A stretch of 64,000 nt of DNA from Adineta vaga (lineage: Eukaryota > Animalia > Rotifera): the NCBI GenBank assembly GCA_021613535.1, contig CP075496.1:11346001-11410000 (forward strand), given 5' to 3'. The position numbers were made by a program, and so were the translations under genes. Position 1 is the first letter of the stretch. Each line of letters opens with the position of its first letter. The notes under the pieces were generated by a model. That model searched no databases. It was given only the letters and a program-made list of their open reading frames with translations, and was not told where the DNA came from. Of the stretch, positions 26,801-38,377 are shown in pieces.

Positions 26801-28609
26801 ATAAATGAAAGAAAACATGATATAATTATATATAGATGAATTAAGAAAATAAAAACAGATAAATTTGAGATGAGATTTTCTAGTACTTTTAACTACCTGC
26901 TGACAACGGCAAGCAACATGATGTCGCATAAGCTTCTTCATTTCATTCATTAGATGCAGCAGTTCAAATCATTTCCTAACAAAATGATCATGCTGTTGAA
27001 CGTTTCAAGTTGATCTAATTGGATGATAATGATGACAAAAATGTCAATACTCTCTATGTGGTGATCAAGGTTCGATCAGTTGATAATCGGTCGATGGCAA
27101 AAGTACAATCTATGATTTGTTCTTTCTATTTCTAAGACATATTGAATGACGATGAACCACCATTATTACCAATAAGTAGGAGAAAGCAAGAAAAAAAGAC
27201 GGTTATAAAAACGGACGACTGCCTAGTGTTGATATTGTTGTTTTAATCTAAAGATCGGTTCCTTTTCAATCTTGTCACTGAATGTAATCGTCGTTGATCG
27301 GTTGTAAAAAAAAACCAGAAAGAAGCGAAGAAAAAAGAATAAGAAGCCGTAGTTGTCAAGAGAGAAAGACTTTATAAGCATAGGAGATGTGTCATTGTGA
27401 TCAGAGACACACGCACCCGAAGAACAACCAAAACTAAATTAAGACTGTATATATACACCCTCGATTCTTTTGCTTACATATTGGTGACTTATTGTCAAAC
27501 AAAACGACTTGAAAGACGATATACGTAGTTTATCCTGTCGTATTAAATTAATGTTGATAGAAAATATCTTATCAGAATAATTAACTGAAGTTCTTTTTCC
27601 GGATGTTCGATGCAATGATCATTAAAACTGCCTTACGAAAGAAAACTGCTCCATCTGGATATAAACAATTTTTTCTATCGAACTACAATCAAAACATTTG
27701 TTTTGTTTTATTACTTACTGATTGAGAGGTGATTTCCGCTTGTATATTTGGTCCTGTATCTTGTAGATGCACTAAGTTATTATTATTATTATTATTATTT
27801 GAATATTTTATATCAATTTTTTGTGATGTTAATGAACGTATTTTAGGTGGTACTGAACAATCAACATTTAACCATGGATTGATATCTTAAATATGTGAAA
27901 GTAAAACAGTATATATGAGATGAATCAAATTTGATAGATTTAATTCTACCTTTATGAATAGGTATTTGAAATTCAACACGATGTGTAGAATTTTTCTGTG
28001 CTAATCTAACATCTTCGGATGAAAGTGTCGGTCTATTTTTTGGTAAATTGATTGAAGTTCGATAACTACCATTTTCATCACATTTAAAACGAACACGACG
28101 TGTTCCTGTTGACTGTTGTTGGATATGAGTGAGCAGAAGAAGTCGAACCTGAGTAATTTGTTCGTTGTGCCATCGTTGAATGTGAACGTAAGGATGACGA
28201 ATCAAAATGTGACTAAAGAAAGTAGAAGAGTTAGATAAAATCTCTGATTTATTAACATTCTATAACGAAGAATATTGTTCGATTACGAAAGAAAATGTTT
28301 TTTATTCGTTTTTTTTCTTACGAACTCGAATTTAATTAGGAAAATAAAAAGAAGTATGTCTGCAAACAAGCCGTCAAGAAAATATTCTTGATCAAGGTAA
28401 AATAAACACCAATTAATATCATTGTTAGATGCAAAAGAATTGAATTGAAGATGAATCAAATTTACCTCGTCAGGATGTAAAGGAACACAAACAAATTTGA
28501 ATTTATCCAGAGTAGTATTATCCAAGGTATGATGACGACGACGACGTTGACGACGTTGATACTCATATTGAAGGAGACGTGTACGACTTTGTCGGGTTTC
28601 AGTAAGCAT
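17813..28609 (-). CDS. CAP/SORBS (sorbin-homology + three SH3) adaptor; multi-exon with alternative 5' exons
   Basis: SoHo-like QWYRQMYSNLHK (25965-25878); three SH3 domains (ALHSFYAQTSRELSFKKGD..WLEG..GIFP; VKYDF..ELQLRKGD..WYEG..GIFPAAYV; LYDYTPQNPDELEIHVGD..WYCG..GTFPGNYV); exons splice in phase. Confidence 0.8.
19830..22550 (-). CDS. Large intronless low-complexity ORF (~906 aa from ATG) inside a SORBS intron: nested gene or alternative first exon
   Basis: 2.7-kb uninterrupted frame in AT-rich DNA; typical codon usage; candidate 55-nt 5'UTR intron 22707-22653. Confidence 0.75.
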   Translation of the reverse strand: MYMDRDNASSSTQTREFVPYVENNLNYVQKSPSLSPTRIYSSPLMGKSARAAKRRLDGDTTRPTRIEGIDTYNQPSQNFYQNVGNNLENQKPLNSTSNEPGQESFSAKRDFFEQRFKTSAPTYDSPPRDQQQLSPQIVTTITTTTTSTPSKLVSRTSLPSNESLPTINRLLEQATEIQKRTTDNSSNQNASQQSLVIERTEQCQVYLDRTNHDQRHTSPASVRKTNLVTDLDQAQAQVNRLTDDHQAIQQLTRVLQENQVSSPTTTPPPPPPPQPSTTTNQSQRLSSAPGNPVLINTTTTTTTTIPTDITLVNRNNKTVASEFTVIDALLDNPIGTTNSKQNDTLHTRFNNIISNLQNSDYMSILRQSLTRKSKRKNSKQDQNQLSQTSTNAASEQTSLIDSKQNKKNKKKNKNKSKTTPYTNYEVIDAIINSPIILRLPESFLRKYNVRPPASQLSPTPPLTTRNNNILSHKQLDNRATNDTDRNLVNERRLHHTPTSTPTFPTNLNDLQQTNRSNYQQSPVRSYNQSGAPIKPRIIYRYIDERGNVLKYSSVPPSQLREVPSKQSPPSPYQNVEPKYFNSRQIIRDDHHSKPERRTWQDHKGYSSTRRDDLDYQDKRRSQLSERSLPIARAIPVTVEREQTRRAPSLQQRPYQSPNQQNIKLSWLPLTPQFDQPHIGGAAVDYETDSTGSDHSITYPTYEYKPNDSHNNRPLFRHDYYQNRSPSLTFNQSPTRSSHDYRNQSPDYSLANISRNYIEVFRDGAANPSEIYSVPLSEPRRRKLRHSRYDKHQAEKSGKISNSSISKHNKAMPSSSSPSNHDSFYSHTTHGSPNHDSVQFDNYLPQSKSFDYRPLRMKLQREHKITPSLLVDEWDHPDEIIPTPSYKTTSVSSPDDVFLKNTRTYKA

Positions 28610-29115
28610 TATAAATTTTGTTGAGAGAGAGGAATAATAACTACTTAAAAGAAAGTTATGCAAAATATTTAAAATCGATTTAAAGAATGAGAAAAGAAAA
28701 CTATAGTTTTATTTGATTAGAAGTAGGGAAAATAGCTAAAAGTATTTCATAACAAATAAGATTTGATCAGCAGACCTGTACTTACCGTAACAAATGACTT
28801 CCTCATGTATATGTTTGTACATGTATGTATGTATATATATATATATATTAGTTGTTTGCTTTGATAGTCGTTCACTGATCTTGTCTCTCTCTCTCGTGTA
28901 CGCTTTTTTCTGGGTCTTGATATATGTTCTCTATTTCTTCGGCAAGATTCATAACAATTATAACATGCCAGTCAGTTTGACGACAGGCACAAAAAACTGG
29001 CTTGGAAATCTCTGGTGCGACAAACGATGCTATTCGAGGTCGCCGCCGACGTTCTCTCCTTCAACCGGATGACGGAAGATCTATATATGTATGTATGTAT
29101 GGATATATGCATGTC

Positions 29116-29167
29116 TATATATATATATATATATGTACGTGTGTGTGTGCGCGCGTGTGTGTGTATA
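29116..29167. repeat. 52-nt alternating purine-pyrimidine microsatellite (TA)n-(GT)n-(GC)3-(GT)n
   Basis: Directly visible. Confidence 0.85.
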
Positions 29168-29782
29168 GATGTTATCTCGTCCTATTATGACAATTCTCCC
29201 TTTGCTTAGTTCGATAGAGCGACAGAACGACAACATCAGTCGACTTACATACTCTCACATAAAGAGAACATAAAAATGGTACATTGAGACACAACCAATG
29301 ATGAAGATGATGATGATGATGATGATAATGCATGGGCGGCTTTATTGTAGGCGGTTGGTTAGCTTAGTTCTTGAGTACGATGTTACGTACCGATTGATAT
29401 CATTCTTCCATAGATGATGAAAGGCAAAAGGGGAAAAGAAGGAGGACAAGATGTTGAAGAAGACAAGGATATGTTGTCAAATAATTATTCTTCTCAAGAT
29501 TTCTCTTGCTCAAGAGTAGGAGTAGATTACCATTGAATAATAGAAATTATCTTTTGATCATTTACAGTAACAATATGTCTGAGATTCTCATACTTTGATC
29601 CTTCCTATATCATCACATTGTCTTTCAATCAATGATGGTGACCTTATAGATGAATTACAATGTCAGTTAAATATATGAAATCTATTCTTAATCTTTGATT
29701 ATGACAAATTAATGCATAATTAGATTTTATATTCATAAAGATTGGAACAAATGTATAGCGATAAAACTCGTCTAGGAAAACT

Positions 29783-32700
29783 TTAACATAAATCCGATGA
29801 CATAGGATAGCCATTACGATCGAAGTAAAGTTCATTATAGGCATTGTCTTGAGTATAGTCTTGTTCTTGATTAGTAGATTGAGATAACATCGAAGGTTGT
29901 TGTTGTTGTTGTTGTCTTTGCTCTTTCGAATGCTGGAAAGAAATTAGATGAAGAGAACCAATCGTATTTATTCTACTCTTACTTTCACTTTCTTTTTCCA
30001 ACGAATTAAAGCAGTTCGAGATATTTCACTTTTGTGTTCTAAGCGTTCTTTCTGTCTTTTAATGATAATTTCAACTATTAGTAGAAAAAATCCGATCAAT
30101 ACACCACCAACAACAAGATAGAACACACCTAGTAAAGAAATTAGATTATACAGTAAAAAAATGAGCATTAAACGAGTTTTACCACGCATATTATCAAGTC
30201 CGAGTGTTGCTGGTGATGATGATGAACGATCAAAACATGGATCATCACTAGAAAATGAAATCGAAATTATTTTATTAACAAAATATTCAACTTACTCTTT
30301 TGCAAAAATCCATTGATTGTCAAGTTTTTCCATGAAACCTTTCTCATGAAATGATAATATTGCATGAGATAAAAGATTAATCCACGGATCATTTTTTCTC
30401 AATGCAATTCCATAACTTGATCGTCCAAATAATTCACCAGCTGTAATTAAATCACAATCTTGTGCTACTTCATATTCAAGTCTTGGTGAATCCCAAAAAA
30501 ATGCATCTAATTTTCTTGAATAAAAAAACGACAATATTATATTCAAGATTCATTTTCAATCTTTTTTTTACTTATTCTTCACATCTTCTATGGCTTCTTC
30601 GGCTGTTAGATAGTTTTTTGATTCCATCGTTCGATACATTGTAGAAAATTCTAGAAGGTAATAAAGGCAATATAGTTTATCCATCGATTTATTGAAAAAG
30701 AAAACGTACCAACTTGTCGTTTGAAATACATATCGACAGATGGACTGTTGCATATGTGTAGCCATCTTGAGGATTTCGTAACTACGATACAAGAAAGAAA
30801 AGAAGAAGTTTACGAAAAGGTGTGCACTATTTGAAATGAAATTACTCGAGCATCATTTATGCCTGATATCCCTGCTTCAGGTCGATCAAGCACTAGAAAA
30901 GCAGCTAAATTAGCTGTATACGATGCAACCATAATCATTGTAAAGCCTGCCCAAACCATTCCAAGAACACGCGCAGAAAAACTCTTCGGTGTACCTAATA
31001 AATTCTGTACAAATCTATCTTTATAATCAAGTTTTCTTTCTATTCACCTTCTCCAATTCCTGAACTTAAAAGAACACCCCATGTAAACCAAAGTGCACGT
31101 GGTAAATTTAATGCATCTTCTTTATCTTCATTGTCAACTGATGAATTCTGTTCTTTTTTATTTTCTTCTCGTGATATAATTCGACGTTCATCTGGAGAAA
31201 AACGATCAAGTAAATACAATACTATAGCTACAACATGTACTGATAATAAAACCATCATCCATAATGCATTTTTAAATGGTTGTAAAAACGATTTTAAATT
31301 TGATACATCAAGATTCTAAAAGTTTTCTTGTAGTTTATAATCTTCATTGAAATTCTCTAGTGAAAGTTTACCTTTCGTACCAGAACTGTAATACCATGAT
31401 ATTTATATGGTTTAGTAAATTCAATATCTTCTGCACGTTCTGGACTCATGGTTAAAGGTGCAACGATCATATCAGCTTGACGGTTAGTTAATTCACGAAT
31501 CATTCCATCCCATCGTTTTTGTGTATCATTTCCTTCCTTAATGAAGAATTAAAAGATTTGAACTTTATAAACAATACAATTTCGTCATTAATTACTCTTT
31601 CGAATGTTCCATATTTACCATCGGGAACAAGATACAATGTATAAGCAAAACTGAGATTTTTCGATAGTTCTTGTAATAGAGCAATACAATAACCATAACA
31701 ACAAAATTGATCATATTTATGACCGTTTGAATCTAAATTAATAATCGAGTTTTTTTCTAGATTTTCTATTTTTAAATTTATTACGATTTAGACTTTGACG
31801 TGGACAATGAACTTCAAATGTCGGATCACAATTATTTCCAGGACGTGTAAATATAAAAGGTTTTTCTTCAATTGTCACAACCTAGATGAAGATAAAGCAT
31901 AGACCAAAATTAGCAATTAAGAATATATTCCAACCGAAACATTTCGTCGTGCACGAATTCCATCCGGTTTTCGATTAAGTCCATTTGACCAAAGAATCTT
32001 TTCTTCATGCAATATCAATTCTGTCGTATCGATCTAGAGAACTTATAATGAAGAAAAATATATCAAAATTATACTGTAATACTTACCGTTGCTCGACACA
32101 TACTACTCGTAGAACAACTACTCTATAAGAAAGAAAGAGCTCTTATTAACAATTGAACTTTAGTATTTCTTATCGATATCGATCAATGATTTAGAACTAT
32201 TTATATTTACTGTATTCGAACGATAAGTACCAACAACTTTCATTTGTTCATGTTGTATATTAATTATTTCATACAAGGATTCAATTCGATCACCTTCTTT
32301 ATTAAATCTAATATTTCCCGTAATACCCTGTTCAACACTTGTATCAATGAATGCTCTTTAAATAGAAACAAAATTAATCTACGAAACAATCAAATAGACA
32401 ACAAAGATATTTACTGATAAACTTTTTTTCCATAAGACCAAGTTTTTGTTGATGAACAGTTTATAACCGAGGTATCATCTGACCAAAATGAAATAGGATA
32501 TTCACGGAATTTTGTAAATGTATTAACAATAAGTTCAGTCGCATCAATCAATAGATTCTCTTCAGTAAATGATGGATGCAATTTTACACCGAGAATTCCT
32601 AAAAATATGACTTAATAGTACAATTTATCCGACTGAAACGAATGAAATTTTACCATCGAAAAATCCTGAACTATTTGTTAGTAATGCACGTTCATTAATA

Positions 32701-33863
32701 ATCCAAACAAAACTTTCTAATTGTTGTAATCGTGCAATATCTGATAGTAATGAATGAACATCTTCTTCTCTACAAGAAAACTCGACTTTTCTTTTTTTAT
32801 AATCGGAAAAAAGCAGTTTTTATACTTGGTATGAATTATAAAAACATTCGCAGATAAATGATCTTTCATAGTTAAATTATAAATTAAAGATGTGAAAGTT
32901 TTAGTCGAAGAATATTCTTCAATTCGTTCAATCTAAAACAAAAGATATCATATTATCTGTCTAACTCAACGTTGTAATAGGATAAATCTACATAGTGTTA
33001 ATGATGTTTAGTCAATTCAGACAGATGCCAATCTAAATTATTCCATATTTGATTTTTTACTGCAATCTTTGAAATAATCTCTTGAGTTATATTAGATACT
33101 ATTGAAAAGACATGTGTCATATATAATAAAGAATGATCATTTCATTATCTCTTTTCTTATGTAGTTTTTTTTAAAATGAAAGACTCACTTGAATCTCTGA
33201 ATCATCTGTTAATAACTGAAATCTTGCTGCAACCATTCGACTCTCTTCTTCTTGACTATGAATTAATACAACTTTTGTATATTTTAATTTACAAATAATA
33301 CTAAACCATGCATCAGCTTCATAGAAATACGGTGGTGCTAATCGTATAATAAAATCATATAAACCCTAAAATATGAAATTCTATTTCTTTCATTCGATAT
33401 ATACTTTCATCATTATTACTTCATCTGAAAAAATATTTTCTCTTGAATTTATTGTTATTAATGGTATATGATAAAAATCGGATACATATGCAATAGCAGA
33501 TAATATTAAATCATTATTATTATCATTCGTTGATCGACCAGCAATAATCACTTTCGCATGTGATGCATCTCCGACAGTACAAAGTATTGACATAGTTAAT
33601 AATGCATTCGAATCCAGAACAAATGATTGAGATGAAATATTTATATCTTTAGTTGATTTCATTGTTGTTTGATTAAGAATTATAATATGTTCTTCATTTG
33701 ATAATGCACCTAATACAGTTACATGTAAAGATTTCGATGTTGAACGAGTATTATCGATTATATCTATTGGTACAGTTGTTGTATCGAAAATTGAATCACT
33801 ATTGACAAATGGAATGAAAGTTAAATAGATAATGAATATGTTGGAAGATAAGTATCGAATCAT
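29783..33863 (-). CDS. GRIN1: NMDA receptor subunit GluN1/Nmdar1 (apparent 7-nt deletion at ~30742)
   Basis: Signal peptide + ATD; VVTIEEKPF; CCYGYC; [12 protein letters not shown]; FLQPF; [48 protein letters not shown]; [32 protein letters not shown]; [13 protein letters not shown]. Confidence 0.95.
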
Positions 33864-35698
33864 TGTAACTTGTAAATGAATGATTTCTTTTCGTATAGTA
33901 ACATTGAAATAGAATAATATTGCTCTTGTCTTTTGTCTGACTATGAAAAGAACGAGTCTCTCTTTGCTTGAATAGTTCGCAATAGATGATTAATAAATAT
34001 TGAAAGAAGCTGTCGAAGAAAAACATCGGCAGACAAGTTTCTCTAATAAGCTAATTGATGAAGCATATTTTTTCTGAAGTAGTAACTCTTAATAATATAG
34101 AGAATTGACTGTTTAAATGACTTTCATCGTATAGACAGATGCTTGTCAAGTTTACAAGTAATAACTAGATTGTAGAGCCTTTTTCTACAGAATAATCTTG
34201 ATTTTATTTTAGATATTTAATTCAATTGAATTGGGACAAGTGGAATGTTAAACAACGATGTGAATATTCAATTAGAAAATGGTATTCATGAAATGTTTTT
34301 ATTAAAAGATAATATATTTATCAAAATGAAACAATTGGTAAGTGTAAAACAGATCAATCGTTTAATTGTTGAAAGACCTTTCATGCAAGGATAAATGTAA
34401 AGTATTATGAATAGACACCAGATGTCTATAGAGAATTACCCATTGATTAAACAATTCCAACAAACGTAGTTGCCATTGAATGTTAAGCTTTAACCAATAG
34501 CACACAATTCTAAACTCATTATCGATCTTCTTTTGTTTAGTTCATTCGTATCATTTAGTAAATCCTTCGATCATAAACATTGATCAAGTTCAATCGATGG
34601 AACCTTGATATCAAGTTCATGTTTCCAATTTTACGATACAGAAACATTCTTTTCGTTTTATTAAACTCTTTTCTATGATCATCATGTATTCGTATCGCGT
34701 GAAAAAAGAAATCTTTTTTGTTTGGACAAAAATGTCATTCATATCGATGTGGTCAATAACGAGGACATTTCCTATCTGATTGAGCTACAGCTACATAATT
34801 AAATACAATAATGATGGCGATTCGATATATGATATTAATCTAGTTCTGCTTGATTGATTTGTCGTCTTCTCTCTTCTTTCATACATCTAACTTCATTTTA
34901 TACAATAATATTGAGCTGCTATACATATTTATATATTCATGCAACCACCCCAATCACAATCTGTAAGTATATATTTTAGAAATTACATAACCATGATAAT
35001 CAAAATATCGTTCAATATATTATCAAGGTAATAAATGATGAACCTATCGAGAAATATACGCATATGAACATATAAGTAGGAAAAAAAAGATGTCAGATGC
35101 GAAGTTTTTTTCTAATAATCATAATTTTCTATTGGATATTTGTAAGCTTTTATTCATTTATGTTTTGCTTCAATGTAGATTAAGAATAATAGTATCAAGA
35201 AACATTTATTCATTAGTCTGTAATGATTTTTTTGTATATAAAATAATTCATTATGATAAAATCAGAACAGTATGTAAAAGAAGAATGCTAACTAGAGACC
35301 ATTGATATAAATAGAAATAGTCGATAAGATAGTGTATATGTCTGCAAAGCACCAATAGAGAAATGTGTCTGTTTGCAACTATGTGACAAAAAACAAAGAA
35401 AGAGCAAGAATTCTGTTCGAAATATTCTCAATAATTCTAGTTCTTTTTCTCTTTTCTCGTCTTTTGTATATCACTGTGATAACTAAGTCGTTTTATTTCA
35501 TTACCACTATTGTATATCGAACAAAACAAGACTAGAAATCAACGTAGAACTATCAAACAAGAAAGCTACAATTTGACCCTTATATTATTCGCATCAATTG
35601 CTTGATAACTGTTATTCTATTTTTGTTGATAGAGCGATGATATCCGCTTTCGCTTGTTTATTATCGATATTCTTTCGTCAGTGAAGATAACTTTGTCA

Positions 35699-37976
35699 AT
35701 GAACATCAAAGATTATCATAATCTCTATATATTCAATATGTTCACACTAAATTCATTCATGACAATGGAAGGACTTGATCTTGCTATTACGGATGATATT
35801 CTTCTCATGAGAACATCGCGTACAGCAACATTTACAATAGGCTCATCATCGTCGTCATTGTCATCAACATCGTCTTCTAATCTATATAATCATTCGAATG
35901 AAGAAACAACAATAACAACAATAACAACAACAACAGTAAGTACAATGAGTACTTCATCACCAATCAATTCCGACGTTTTGGACCATCAGTCACTAAAACA
36001 TTCCCAATCATTGACGATCGACAATCATCAACGTCGTCCAATTATCCATGATCCTTATCAATTATCTCCCAATCTTCAAATTCTAAATGATTGGATGGTT
36101 GTAAGTTTTCTTTTTCATTTCAGAGAAGTCTTTTCTTAACAATAAACACTTCGTTGAAATATCTAATGATTCGTCTTATGATAATCAGCAGACGACGAAA
36201 GAAAAACATCATTGAATTATACACTTTAGCAGACATCTGATAAACGACCGTGATGACAAATACGAACTGATAAAAGAACTGTTGCATTGACTCTGTCACA
36301 CTATATATTTAGCACTATAATGACCTCTCCGACTTTTGCCATTTCTCGACTTAACATTCAAGTATACATTAAATCAGTTGTCTGTTCTGTTTCATCGGTT
36401 ATTACGTTTGAAGGATTGACTTACATACAAATGCATGCGTATATAAGATCTTTGATTTTCCAAACTAAGTTATCGAAATTTGTACTTAACATACAAAATC
36501 AGAACGTTTATTTTTGTCGTCGTTTGAAAGTAATTTACTTTAGAATGAGATGATCTGTTGTTATTTTTGTCGTCGTTGTCGTCATCAAATTGTTGTTTTA
36601 ACTCAGATTTATTTTCTTATGATAATACTTCATGACCATATCAATCAAGTGCATTCATAGACTTCATTTTGATCGATATACAACGATGACGAATAAGAAA
36701 GAGAAGGAAAAAAAAGAAGTAGAGAAAAGGTTTTTTCTATATATTTGATAACCAGAAGTTGATGATTATCGTAAGATATTTTTGTTTCATAACCTAAAAG
36801 TTCAAACTGTTAGGTACAAAAACTTGCAGACACACGCATATCGCCATTATTTACATCTTTCTTTCCTACGTATAAGTCTCATAGAATAAGTTACGAATCA
36901 TTTTACGAAAAAATTAATCGCATTTGTTATGATTTCAATGTTATCATTATTTTGATCCGTTCGTCCGTTTGCATATACGTTCTTAGTTTCTAAATATCAT
37001 AACATGTACAAAACAACAACATTAACTACAAATGGTCCCCATATAGCCATAGAAAATCATCGGACACCGATAACATCTACGTCAAATCAACATTATCAAC
37101 GTACGATATCGTATAATCGTACATCAATTCAACGTAGTATAACAACAAGAAAAACTTATGTTTTTATTGTAGGTTTTTCATGAAAAATTCTATCAAAACA
37201 AATCTTTGACAGTGATAGAAATAGAAACTAATTTGATATGCTTATTTCTTTAGACAACTACCGGCAAAAGTCGTCGAGAATTAAGTGAAGTACATGGATT
37301 TTCTGAAGAACAAATTGCTGGTAAAATCGATCTAAAGATCTAATATAGGAAATGATTTTAGTCGTATTTCGTCTTCTTTTCTAGTATTCGAAGAATCCTT
37401 TTCTTTACTCGACAAAGATGGTGACGGAAATATATCCAATTATGAAATTCGATCATTAATGCATTCATTAGGTTATACACCAAGTGAAGAAGATATTTCT
37501 GCTGTGATATCAAAGGTTGATACAAATGGTAAACAATTTTTTATAGAATAACATTGAACTGATTTCATCATTGATTGAGGTAATGGTTGTGTTGATTTTG
37601 ATGAATTTTTAACAATGATGCGACGTCGTCGTTCAACATGTGACGGTGATACAGAATTATATCAAGTTTTCCAAGTAAATTCATTTGTTAAGTTAATCAT
37701 TCTTCCGAATTTTTCGATTAAAAATAGGTTTTTGATAAAAATAAAGATGGCTTTATTGATAAAGAAGAACTTTATGATATGCTCTCAAGACTTGGTGAAC
37801 ATATAACTGAAGTAAATAGATATATTTATTATTCGATAGAGGATAAAGAGAATTATTTTTTTGTTTTTCTTTTCTTGTAGGATGATGTCAAAGAAATGAT
37901 TGCTGAAGCTGATTGTTTAGATAATGACGGCAAAGTATCTTATGAAGAATTTAAAGCCATACTATATTCAAAATAA
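35699..37976 (+). CDS. Calmodulin-like 4-EF-hand protein with two alternative first exons (ATG ~35699 or 37004)
   Basis: FSEEQIAVFEESFSLLDKDGDGNIS, DTNGNGCVDFDEF, FDKNKDGFIDKEEL, DCLDNDGKVSYEEF; both first exons end in phase 0 and fit the acceptor at 37253. Confidence 0.85.
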
Positions 37977-38377
37977 ATTGATACATAATTGAGATATATA
38001 AACATTGACTTCTTTCTTTTGTGAATAGAAACTTTTTCTTGTTATTATTGAAAATCGGGTTTTTATCCTCTGACAATTCATTTATATGTATATATATATA
38101 AGAAAGAAAAGAAAAAAAAGATCGTAAACAAAGAAGAACATGTTATAGAAAGAAAAACAAACAAAGTAAGAAAGTGTCATCAAAGAGCACCAGTATTGCA
38201 AAGAAGAGAAAAATGATGAAAAAAAAATGAGATTTACGTCTTATTTTTCATTTTCAAAAACAAACAAAAGAGCGAAACACAGGTTTACATTATTATTTAA
38301 AATGGAAGCTTTCTTTTAAATATTCATTTATGTATACATATATAGAATTGGACGGACATATATTTCGATGTATTCAA

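Noticed and set aside
28100-28150. Apparent frameshift in the SORBS 5' exon
   Set aside because: A 43-nt CAG|GTTCGA...CAACAG intron restores the frame (S-G-T-R-R-V-R-F), so no lesion is needed
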